A DNA stretch of 64,000 nt, taken from the NCBI RefSeq assembly GCF_009914755.1, contig NC_060948.1. One strand, given 5' to 3'. Below are positions 52,231-64,000 of the stretch, in pieces. The stretch comes from the human T2T-CHM13v2.0 reference genome, Homo sapiens. The notes under the pieces were generated by a model, which saw only the letters and a program-made list of their open reading frames with translations, did no database searches and was not told the origin of the DNA. Position numbers and translations under genes: made by a program. Numbering within the stretch: the first letter of the stretch is position 1; each line of letters opens with the position of its first letter.

Positions 52231-55200
52231 GAACTTTTAAAGTGTTCTTTATGCCAACTTAAATTTTTCATTTTTACTACCTCATGTTTTGGATGAGGCA
52301 TGTATTTTTAAATTTATTTTCACCCTTATTGTACCTCTATGATAAACTGCTTGCTTACATTCATACCGTAATTATCTCTCAGGTTACTTGTCTGTTCCTA
52401 AAGATTCACTGAAACGAAGAATTCTATATATGCTTGTATCTTTCAGCAACCGTATGTCAGATAGCACTGCACATTACTGCAGACATCGCATATACAGGTC
52501 CAAAGGTAGAGGAAGAAGAAGAAAGCAAGCGTTAAACTCTATTCATTCCTAAAAGCATATCAGAAACTCACAAATAACAGTGAAATCAAAGAATGATCAC
52601 AGCCAATTCCATTACATACCTAGACTGAAATACGAAACTTCAAAGAAAAGAAACATTAGAACTTTGGGTTTGTAAAAATTTTCCTATATAGATAAAATTA
52701 TTGGTAACTGTGTCTCACTAGAAAACGTAAACAAAAATCCATGTTTTTCATATTTGTAAATATACATAGTTTTATTTCCATCAGTTATGACATGCAAGCA
52801 AGTAATAAAGTGAAAGTACAATCAAATGATATATGGAACTTCCTCAGTCTTAAAATATTCCATGGAGACTATCAATTTTATGAAAACTATAAAGAATGCT
52901 TCATGAAACTACATTGTACAGTGCCATTTACTATTTTACTGACATTTTAAATAATCAACAATTAAAGGGAATACGTCAACATTATTTAATACCAATAACG
53001 TTATTTTTCTTGAGTAATCCTGTTGAAATTAAGGATTTTAAATAAAACATTAAAAACAAATTATATTGACTGATTTCAGCTTTGGATGAAATCATACTTG
53101 TGTATTTGTAGTAATGCGAAGCATAACTTTCTCCTCACAATTAATCTTTTATAACATCGGTGTTATAGTTTTCTCTGACACCAACATTGTGATATCGCAC
53201 AGGTTTACTGCATGCATGCATTACATGCCTCCAGAGAGTAGGCTTCAAATATATGGAAAAATTATATTTATGAAAAAATTCTAGGAAAGGGAATGGTGAA
53301 ATGGAAGAGAATTTCTCACTTGCTAACTGTTGGACATGGATTTGTATATATTTGGATATAGACACATACTGGCACACTGTGAGTTTGCCCATGTATATAT
53401 ACACTTATATGAGAAACCCATAATATATGGGTTGTGTAATCTTTTAATTAATCCATAATTGTATGTGTGTGAAATTAGATAAGCGGTTACCTTTTCTTTA
53501 CTCAATTTGATGGAAAGCCAAAAAACTCTGTCCACCTTCATTTCAATTAATCCAATACTGTTAACTGCTGGTAGCTTCATTCTCCTTGTTCTCTTACGGC
53601 AACCGGAAAGTTAATTCTCGCTCTAATTTGGCTTTCAAGGTGCGATCAACAAGAGTGTCACCTTGCTGTGGATTGTGACCTCTGACTCCACCTCTGTCTT
53701 CCTTTTGCAGTCCTACCTTTGCATAGGTAACAAACTTTGTACATGGTTAAAAGGATAAAAGTTCAGTGAAATGTCAAGCCATGCTGTGAAATGTTCCATA
53801 GTTTCTATATCTCTAATTGTCCTTTGATGTTATAGAGGCAAGAAAAATAATTCAATGTTTTTCTTAGTATCTAGTCCAATGCACTCTTTCTTCATAATAC
53901 TGCAAACAAGGCACTGACATGGAAACGTGGCTGGACGTCTCAAAATCTCTTCTCATTAATTACCATTATGTTAATCACTGTTGCCCACAACTGGAATTGG
54001 ACTTTGAAATCCCCTGGTGGAAATTGCTATAATGGCTCAAACTACTGGAAAGACTATCTTTTTTTTACCTGAAAATATCTGATGAGCATAGACGTATGCT
54101 ATATACAGGAACATATTGTACATTAACAACATACCATCACTGCCACTCAATAATAGGTATCCCAAACCTTTGAGCCAAACTGAGCTCGGGTGCTCCCACA
54201 AACCAAGCTTTTCCCTCCACAGATTTCTTATGTCAAAAAGCCACAACTCCAGGCCAGGCTTCGTGGCTCTTGTTGTAATTTCTACATTTTGGGAGGCCGA
54301 GGTTGGTGGGTCACTTGAGGTCAGGAGTTGGAGACCAGCATGGGCAACATGGCAAAAAGCTGTCTCTACCAAAAATACAAAAATTAGCCAGACCTAGTGG
54401 CACTTTCCTGTGGTCCCAGCTACTTGGGAGGCTGAGGCAGGAGAACCACCTGAACATGGGTGGCAGAGATTGTATAGTAAGCCAAGATCAGACTACTGCA
54501 CTCCAGCCTGGATGACACAGCGAGACCATGACTGAAAAAAGAAAAAAAAAAAAATAAAGGCAACTCCACTCGTCCACTGGCTTAGGTAAAAAGTACTGGA
54601 GTTGGCTGGGCTCGGTGGCTCACACCTGTATTCCCAGCACTTTGGATTTTGGGAAGCTGAGTCGGGCGGGTCACCTGAGATCTGTAGTAGGAGAGCAGCC
54701 TGGCCAACATGGTGAAGCCTGGCTTCTACTAAAAATACAAAACATTAGCTGAGCGTGGTGATGCATGCTTGTAATCCCAGCTACTGCAGAGGCTGAACCT
54801 GGGAGGCGGAGGATGTGTTGAGCTGAGATCCTGCCACTGCGCTCCAGCCTGGTCTACAGAGCGAGAGTACCCTGTGAGAAACAAAGGTGAAGAGAACAAG
54901 AAAAAAAAAATGAGAAAAATAAGACCCACTGCAAAAGGTTGCCACAGAAAAGATTAAACATTTCAGCAACTTCTATCTTCTGTCATGGAAGCCAAGGTTA
55001 TTTGGACCAAACCTCCTGTCTTAGTTCATTTTCACGCTGCTGAAGAAGACATACCTGAAACTGGGAATAAAAGGAGGTTTAATTGGACTGACAGTTCCAC
55101 ATGGCTGTGGAGGCCTCAGAATCATGGTATACGAATAAAGGCACTTCTTACATGGCAATGCCAAGAGAGAATGAGGAAGAACCTGAGGCAGAAACCCCTG

Positions 55201-58200
55201 AAAAACCCATCAGATCCCGTGAGACTTCTTCACTGTCACAAGAATAGCATGAGAAAGACCGACCCCCATGATTCAATTACCTCCCCCTGGGTCCCACCCG
55301 CAACACGAGGGAATTCTGGGAGATACAATTGAAGCTGAGATTTGAATGGAGACACACCAAACCATGTCACTTCCCAAACAATTAAAAATTCCCAATAGAA
55401 GAAGCATTAATTATATCAAAAAGTGGTGGACCAAGAAGGAACTATTAGCCTCATATCTCAAGAAAGACTCCAGTCAAGGCCTAGGGACTACTCATGAAAA
55501 GAGTTTAATAGCCGACTCTCTCCCAGTGGATCTGGATTCCACCGGACTGTATCTTCACAGTAAGGGTGAAACAGAAGCAAACCCATTCCTATTTCCAAGC
55601 TCAAGGAACTTTGGTCAAAGTTCTCTTGGAGCTGAGCAGAACAAGGAGGCAAACAGAAAAGATTTGTGTCCCTGAGAAGTCATGGCCACAGGCTGGCTAT
55701 CACACAGATTGTCAAGCCAGTTCCATATTGCATGGGTATTACAGAAAATCTCAAAACATAAATTTGTGTGTGGGTTGTCCCAGAGTAGCAGGATCTGGCA
55801 GAAGGAAATTTCCTTCTAACCCTCAAAGAATCCACATAAATCTTGTTACATTTGGGATTTTACGATTTGCTTCAGGAATGAGAATGGCCTTAATTTTCAT
55901 ATCTTTTTCTACACTCAGTTTATGTCTTGTTGGCGTCAAAGTTCTGCTTGCTTCACACAATGAGTTTAGGATTTTCCCTTTTTTATTCTATAGAATTCTT
56001 CATATATATTGAAATGCTCTGCCTGGGGAAAAAAATCTGAGCCTAGCGTTTTATCTCTAGGAAGAATCCTTTATTTCCTTGAACATTTATGAGACTATAC
56101 AGATTATATATGTCTTGTATCAATTTTAATAAGCTATATACATAGCTTATGTTTATATATTATATATATAAATGTAAGATACAAATATAAAAATTATGTA
56201 TAAATATGAAAATATATATAGAAAGCGATATATATGTCTATATATATAGACAGATTATAAATATCTGTCTATTTGATCTAAGTTTTCAAATTTGTAGGTT
56301 AAGGTGTTAACGATATTTCCTTATTAGCTTCTTAATCTATGCTGTATCTATGGTTGTGTACCTTTTAAATTCTTAGTTTTATCTATGTTTTCTCCCTTTT
56401 TTTCTAAACTTGACTGACGGTTGCATCATTTATTATATTTCTCCAACAAGCAGAGGTTAGCTTTGTATGTTTTACTGATTTTGTCTACATCATTATTCCC
56501 ACACTTTAGTTTTTCAGAATTGATTCTTTTGTTTCTTTTCTAATTCTTTATTGAAATATCTAGTACATTAATTTTCAAGTTATTAGAGAAATATTTGTCT
56601 GTAAACTCCTATTGTAATATCACTTTTCTTGCTACTCACAGATTTAATCTTTAATATTGGCGGTATCATTGAGTTCTAAGTACATTTCAATTCCTAGTAT
56701 GATAATCTATGAATTGCTGAGAAATAGTGTTTACAATTTTGTTGTTCTATTTCCACTTAAGTTTATTTTTACTTCTGCTAACTCAATTGAAAATTCTTTA
56801 CTAATTTTTAAAATCCTTGAACCCAAGAGATGGAGGTTGCAGTGAGCTGAGATCAGGCCACTGCATTCCAGACTGAGTGACAGAGTGGAACGAGATTTCA
56901 AAACAAAACAAAACAAAACAAAACAAAACAGTCACTGGAAAGATAATAAAATACATAAATGTGGGATGTAATATGTAATCGTGATAAAATAAACTGGATT
57001 TTTTGTATAAGTTATACATATAAATGTAATGCCAAGACACTGATAAGACAACTCATGGTCTTATCTCAATACTTAGTGTCTTCATGTAACATATGTCCTT
57101 TAGGATAGTTATAGTCCGTTTTCTTTCCAGGAGAGACAGATGAGAATGCAGAAATGTTAAAGTGCAAGGGACGGAAGCTTCCAGCTGTGCCCACCTGTAA
57201 CCTGACGTAGACAGTTCCACCGTTTGCTTCATTAATCATGCCAAAGGCTCTAATGCAAATGTGGTAGAGAGTCACATGTTTTTGTATCTACATGATAGAA
57301 ACTATAACTTCATCCCTATATAGAAGGGTATATAGCATATGCCTCAGTGATAAATATAAGTGAATCATTGATCAGTAGGAAACCATTTTAAAAGTCTTTC
57401 ATAACAGAACAAAATCCCTGAAAACATTTTCTTCTCAATCTCTGAGTTTTCTTACACGGCTTATGAATCTCTAGCCATACTAAAGAGATAGTATGCTGCT
57501 CTTCCCACAAATTATTCATTGTATATAATTCCTGTAATCTAATAACAGTACCTTTACACCTCAGGGTTTAAAATGACTCCAACCTTTTTCTGTTTCTCCA
57601 ATTAAAATAACTTTTTTAAGGTTTAATCTTCAGTAATTTTTTGTAGTAATATTTTTGAAGGTATTTGACCAGGATGATTTGCTTATATACCTACCTGACG
57701 TCTCCCTTTCTTCTGAATACATATTTTATTACCCACCTATTAGATCTAAGTTTAAGAAGTTGGAATAGGGATTTAAATCTAAATTCTACATTTGAATTTA
57801 CAGGAGTCAGCGAGTCCGGGAAGTGCCTTTATGCACAGACCAATATCTGGCAATGGCACTAGGAGACAAATAAGCTTTACCAGTCTCAAAGCCCTGGCTA
57901 CTACAGTGAATCCACCCTTCTCCTGGATCTTATCTACTTCAGCAAAAGAAGGCCACCCACTAAACCAGGCCCTTGTACTTTGGGTGGAAACTCCTAAGTC
58001 CTCTAGTCTCCTCAAACAGACAGCCAGGCTGCCAATTTCCACAATAATAATTTCTATAGCACTGAGTCTTTGGTAGCCTTGTAACTATAGCTACTGATGC
58101 TACAGTCTGGTCCCTGTATGATAAAACACCAGAGCAACAGAAACAAAAATATTGACTGAAGCCTTCTAAAATCTCTCTAAATATACCTTCAATAAATATG

Positions 58201-58588
58201 GTTTTTTTTACAGAACGACTGCTTTCAGCTTCCTGAACTAACGCTTGGCCTTCGCTAGTTGTCACTGTTGAAATTGATTCAAAAGTGTACATTTAACATG
58301 AAAGTCAACACAGAATTTCATGTGTCAGCAACTAAAATTTTCAAAATGTTGCAAAATACAAATGTGAAACTGTATTTGTGAAATTTACCATTCATTGAAA
58401 TTATATTTTCATACCTACCCAGGCACAGAATTTTTTATAACTGTCTGCATGTTCTCCTCATGTGGGGGAAAAGCAGCATCAGCAGGCAGAGGAATCCTTT
58501 GAAGCTGGAGGGAGAGGTTGCAGTGATCTGAGAGTTTGCCACTTGACTGCAGCCTGGATGACACAGTGAGACTCCAACTGAAAAGAAA

Positions 58589-58627
<39 letters not shown>

Positions 58628-58690
58628 AAAATTGATAAGTAAATAAAAATTCCATATTCGAAAACATGCTCACAGGCTAACTCCCATATC

Positions 58691-58733
<43 letters not shown>

Positions 58734-59149
58734 TCCTTGAAAACGAAAGTTCCACAAGGGCAAAAGAAGAAAACAAATTTAACACCCCCCAAAGAAAGTA
58801 CAAAGAGTAACCTCAAAAGAACCGCAGGGGAAAACAATTCAAAATTTACAAGTATCTACCCTAAAAGAAGCTGAAAGTCCCTCAAAAACTTTCCAGAGGC
58901 CATGTCCTTGTATTACAAAAATGATCATAAAAACTGGCAGGAGTAGACGAATAGAAATGCATCTTAAAACTTGCTAAACCCTTCAAGTCTCCCATAAGAA
59001 TTGTAATGGAAAATGGATCGGTCGGCAGCTTTTTCCATACAATTATGAACAAATTATATTTCTTCATACATAGATTTGTTTTTTCAATATTCTAAGGAAT
59101 TAACTTTTATATTAATAGTAGGTGATGTAAGAAAGCAGGCCTTTATCAA

Positions 59150-62052
59150 GATAACTGACACTGGATGTCCATACCATTACTCAGGTGGGCCTTAATTCCC
59201 AGCCGGGTTCCCTCCCTGGACACACACTGAAGGTCCCCAGCCATTTGGCAATCTCTTCACATTCCCAGCCCTGGAGGTAGCCCTAAAATACATGTACCTG
59301 AAGAAAATAAAACATTGCCTCACACTGGAGCCCAGTGTGGTCCTCCAGATTCCGTGTGAGGTGGACTAACTTATATGGGAAGGCAGGGCAGCGGGAGTGA
59401 GGATGGCAGAGAGGATTACACATGTCAAGGCAGCCGGGGTCATGGAAACAAAACATGACTGGCCTGGGAGAAACACTGTGAAAGGACATACACCTAGGTG
59501 GGCCTCAGGTGGACATCCTCGTGGAGAAAAAGGGGGCCCTGGTTGATCTCAAAATGAGCCCCAGGTGGTAGCAGGTCTTACCGCAGGGCAGGGAGCTGGC
59601 GAGTAATGATGAGACAGCTATCCCTTAAGCCCTGCTTGTCACCCACTGACTTTAGCCACATATGCATCATAGTGGCTTAAGGTGCCCCGATCCTGAAATG
59701 TGGGTGTTACATGTCCCTGATGGGCCTCTCTCCCCCAACCCACGGATTGCCTGGGATTGCTCACTGCAGTCTCCTCCCGGATCCTTGGGTTCTCCATGTG
59801 GGGCCCAGATCCAGGTCAAAAGGCCTCTCAGTTCCCAGCCCTTCCCAGCCCTAGGCTGCTCGCCTGGCCTCCTCTCTGTTCCGCCTCTAGGGCTGACCCT
59901 CTCTCCATGGGATAGAACTGCAATGGATTGAGCCATAGGCCCTGGCTGATGATCTAGGTGACTGCAGAAGTGGGTCCAGGACAGTTCAGGTGACAGTTCA
60001 AAGCCAATTCCCCAGAGACCAAGGAATGACCAGCTAGGTCCTTTCCCATGATGCCCCACGGCGAACCCCACCTCAGCAATCCTGCCAAAACCCGGGCAGT
60101 CATGTTCAGCCAAACAGCTGAATGAGCTCAGGTAGGAGGTGTACTGCCTGCAGCTGGAGGCTTGACCTTCGTGATCCCAGAACCGCTGGACTGCAGTGGA
60201 ATGAGACACCCTGTAGCCTGCAGGGAGAGGAGTCAGGAAGGTTCATGCCAGTCCCACCCTCCCACACACCAGCTCCCCTACCATGCTGGGAGGCATTCCT
60301 TACCGAGGATGCCAACACAGTGCTCCTTCATGATGATTTCACTGTGGAAATAAAGGTTGGGATGAAAGGAAATCATCCTGCCACCGGTAACCGGGATGGC
60401 TGAGTTCCTCCACCTGCCGGATCAAGGAGAAAGAGGATGGATTCAATGGGACCATCTCAACTAGCCGGGCTGAGGTGGCCTACTAGCTGTAGTGAACCAT
60501 GAGTTTCCCCTTCCCAGCTCTCCCACTGAGACAACCCTGGTCCCCAGGGGGACCTCAAACTGACTCAGACACTGGACTCCTCCCACAGACCCAGGCTCCC
60601 CAGCCTGACCTGCAAATCCATCACGTAGCAAAGCAGGACTTCCGCATGCTTTCCGACCCACGCCGACATCTCGTGTGCCAAACAATCTACCTCTGCGCAA
60701 GAACTCTCCAGAGGATTGGGTGGGCAAGCCTCGTGACGCCTTGCAATTTCGCAAGAACACAGACAATGTGGAACAGGGCCATCTCCCAGACATTTGGCCA
60801 GTCACCCTTCATTGTTGGCCCTCTATCTCTGTCTGGCGAGGAGGCAACGCCACAACTGTGGTGGTTTTTGGAGTGGGTGGACCCCGGCCAAGACGGCCTG
60901 GGCTGACCAGAGACGGGAGGCAGAAAAAGTGGGCAGGTGGTTGCAGCTGAGGGACGGGAGGGGCCGGGGGTGGTGTGAGGCGGCTGCTTCTCTGAGTTTC
61001 TGAGATGCAGGAGGCCTTTGTGTGCTGGGTGCTGGACATGCTCCGCTGATGTCCGGGTGTGTGGTGTCCTCTTATCCTAGTCTCCCTGAGGGGTGGGCCT
61101 GTCCACCTGAGGGAAGCCTTGTAGTTAGAAGCCACAGCAGGGTCGTGCCTGGCGCTCTCCAAGGGAATTGCGCGGGTCCAGAGGAAGTTATACAGGCTCA
61201 GGGCCTACACGCCTTTGAGTGCAGCGCCTGCAGTTGGATGAATGCGCATCTGCGGAGCTGGTGCCCGCCGTCAGGTGGTCGGCAGCCCCATGCGCCGCGA
61301 ACCCGTCTTAAGCACCTTGCGTTTCTGGGGTGAGCCTGCTGGAAACAGGCACCGAGAGCAGGGGTGGTTCAATGGCTGGTAATGGCATACAGATTCCCCG
61401 TCCTCCAGGGACGTTCCCAGGGAAACGCGTCCTTCGAATTTGGGCTGTGCGCAAAGGGACCTTGGCGCCGCGATTCTCCCTTGTCAGTGCTGGCCCTGGC
61501 TCCCCTTCCCTACCACGTGCTCCCAGGGCTGCTACAAGCGAGCTGCCCTCACAGCTGCGGGAACGTGGCCTCGGCTCCCACGCTGTCCCCCATCCCCTGC
61601 CTCCTGGCTGACCCCAAGCGCCTCCCACCTGGCTCCTCCCCCCAAACAGCCCCCATACCCCCCGAGGCCCGATGACTATCCCCTGCTGCCCGCCGTCCCA
61701 AATCGGCAGCCGCAAGGATATGGCTCTGGCTCACAAGGCGGAGATGCTCTGTGGCCTAGGGCATTCACGGAGCCCAGCTCCAAGTGAAGGACCTCCAGCG
61801 AGTCCATTGACGGCCCCGGTGTGCTCGGTCCAGGGCCAGGCTGTGCCCGCTGGCCCTCCTTCTGCCACCCCACGTCGGGCTCCACCTCAACCACCACCTC
61901 CACCTCAGCCATGATGTCTTCCACCTTCAGCACCGCCTCCTCTTCCAAGGCCGCCTCCTTGCTCTGTACCCCGGCCGTCCTCTCCAGCATTGCCTCCAGC
62001 CTGAACACGGTTTTCTCCTGGGTGCTCCCACAGACCCTGGGCCTGCGCAGCC
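59150..62052 (-). pseudogene. FAM197Y: Inverted TSPY-derived locus, likely FAM197Y (third full copy)
   Basis: Homolog of 18570-21470. Confidence 0.8.
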
Positions 62053-63064
62053 CAGCCCAGCCCAGCCCATGCCCCGCACCCGTAGGCTCTGGGGGCCCGC
62101 TCCCCAGCAGACCCGCTCCCTGCAAGACCCACGGGCGTCGCCCTGCTGTGAACCTGGTCCCACACCTACGTGGACCCAGGTTTCCTGAGGAGCTCCGCTG
62201 GACCCGCAGATCCCGCACTGGCCAAAGGGCTCCGGTCCCCAGCAGGCTCAACTGCGCACAGGAGCTCGGGAGCCAGAGGCCCCGGCCCTGGGCTTGCAGA
62301 GCCCCACCAACAGGCACCGCAACCGCTGCTGCGGGTGCGGGAGCCTCTGGGTCGTCAAGGCAGCGCACAACAGCGTGCGCGCAGGCCGACAATGGCCAAC
62401 CCTGGCGGCTGGCCTCTGGTGTGCCCAGGGCATAGGACAAGAGGCCCTTTGGAATGCTCCTTGGAGTACAGCATCCTCAGGGAGGAAGCATGGTACTCGG
62501 AGCCTCTATTTGCCTCGACCTGTGAGAGTGTGTGCCGGGGCTCTGGCCTCTACAGCAGATCAATTCCACCTCAGCACCGGCAGGCGACTTTCCTCCCACG
62601 TGCCCGCCCCGATCACTTCCCCCAGGACACCCCTGCCGCCCTAGCCCCAGCAACCAGAGAGAGTTCTCTGCATCTGCTGTATTACCTCCGTACCATCTAC
62701 CTGGCCTGCCTAACGAAGAGAGATGTTTCCTGTGTTCATGACACATAGAGATGTTCATGGCTTGCCACACTGAGGATGTCAGGGCACAGGGCTGCCATGC
62801 CCACAATTCCAAAGGCCACGCAGCCCGCGTGTGCCCGGATGCCTAGCTACCCGGCACAAGCTCCAAGGGCTTCTCGGAGGAGGCTTGGGCAGGGAAGGCG
62901 GGGGGGTGGGGGGGCTGGAGATGCAGGCCCGCCAGTGGCTGTGCCGCCCAGGGAGACGCCCACCGCCCTCCCATTGATTGGCCACGACGGGAGGAAGTCG
63001 GCCTGGGTGCGGCCCCCCGGCCCTTCGCGCGCAGTCCCTTAGGGGGCGCCTGGAAGCCCGGCGC

Positions 63065-63550
63065 ATGCGCCCTGAGGGCTCGCTGACCTACCGGGTGCCA
63101 GAGAGGCTGCGGCAGGGTTTCTGTGGCGTGGGTCGGGCAGCACAGGCCTTGGTGTGTGCGAGTGCCAAGGAGGGCACCGCCTTCAGGATGGAGGCTGTGC
63201 AGGAGGGGGCGGCCGGGGTGGAGAGTGAGCAGGCGGCTTTGGGGGAGGAGGCGGTGCTGCTGTTGGATGACATAATGGCGGAGGTGGAGGTGGTGGCGGA
63301 GGAGGAGGGCCTCGTGGAGCGGCGGGAGGAGGCCCAGCGGGCACAGCAGGCTGTGCCTGGCCCTGGGCCCATGACCCCAGAGTCTGCACTGGAGGAGCTG
63401 CTGGCCGTTCAGGTGGAGCTGGAGCCGGTTAATGCCCAAGCCAGGAAGGCCTTTTCTCGGCAGCGGGAAAAGATGGAGCGGAGGCGCAAGCCCCACCTAG
63501 ACCGCAGAGGCGCCGTCATCCAGAGCGTCCCTGGCTTCTGGGCCAATGTT
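63065..63550 (+). CDS. TSPY: TSPY copy 4, exon 1 only (window ends in intron 1)
   Basis: MRPEGSL...[23 protein letters not shown] followed by the GTATCCTT donor. Confidence 0.93.
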
Positions 63551-64000
63551 GTATCCTTCTCAGTGTTTCTTCGGCCTTTCTAGTGGAGAGGTGCTCTCGG
63601 GGAAGTGTAAGTGACCGATGGGCAGCTCGGCGTCGATGTGACTCTTTGGGGAACAAAGGGGAGTTGCCACGGACCAGTGTGGCTGTGGAAAGCCGGAGCA
63701 GGCGTGGGTACTATTGTCCTGCATGCGGCAGAGAAACCCTTGGTGATGCCGAGCAGCAGACGTTTGGGGCATCTTTTTGAAGAGCAGAAGCGAGTTCAGA
63801 GCGGAAGAGGTTTTTCAGTGAATGAAGCTATTTTTAAGGGAGTGTGATTGCTGCCCCTTGCTAGTCCGATCTGGGACTGGGCGTCTTCGGCTATAAGCAG
63901 ATTCTGCCACTCCTCAGACACCAGCAAGTCTCTGCAAATCGCGCCTCCCCATGTCAGTGCAGTCAGCCTCAGAATCATACACCCTCTGTGAACACAGGAG

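Larger units (their letters stand above)
1..64000 (+). repeat. Tandem array of ~20.3 kb TSPY/DYZ5 units (about 3.15 copies, nearly identical)
   Basis: The whole ORF track recurs at ~20.28-20.30 kb offsets. TSPY ATGs are at 2182, 22480, 42767 and 63065. Copies differ only by scattered SNVs and small indels. Confidence 0.98.

Noticed and set aside
2182-63550. Assigning numbered symbols (TSPY1, 3, 4, 8, 10 etc.) to individual copies
   Set aside because: The copies are nearly identical and numbering depends on the assembly, so it cannot be supported from this window.
1-64000. Prokaryotic systems (CRISPR, operons, rRNA/tRNA)
   Set aside because: The sequence is primate genomic DNA with Alu/L1 and spliced genes. 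I saw no repeat-spacer array or structural RNA gene.

Overview
This is eukaryotic, primate Y-chromosome ampliconic DNA. It holds about 3.15 head-to-tail copies of the ~20.3 kb TSPY (DYZ5) repeat unit, with ATG-to-ATG periods of 20,298, 20,287 and 20,298 bp. Three complete six-exon TSPY genes (NAP1/SET-family, testis-specific) lie on the + strand: copy 1 encodes 314 aa because of an 18-bp in-frame duplication, copies 2 and 3 encode 308 aa, and a fourth copy is cut off in intron 1. Each unit also carries two degenerate TSPY paralog relics on the - strand. One is head-to-head with TSPY across a shared CpG island (most likely the FAM197Y/CYorf16 transcript), and the other is an exon 2-5 relic in mid-unit. 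The rest of the unit is Alu, L1, a THE1 LTR and microsatellites. The array itself is well known and I see no wholly new system. The most notable details are a U12 (minor spliceosome)-type first intron, whose donor survives as ATATCCTT in the inverted paralog; the preserved exon/intron skeleton of the inverted relics; and copy-specific promoter and coding variants. Coordinates were read by eye and repeat boundaries are approximate.
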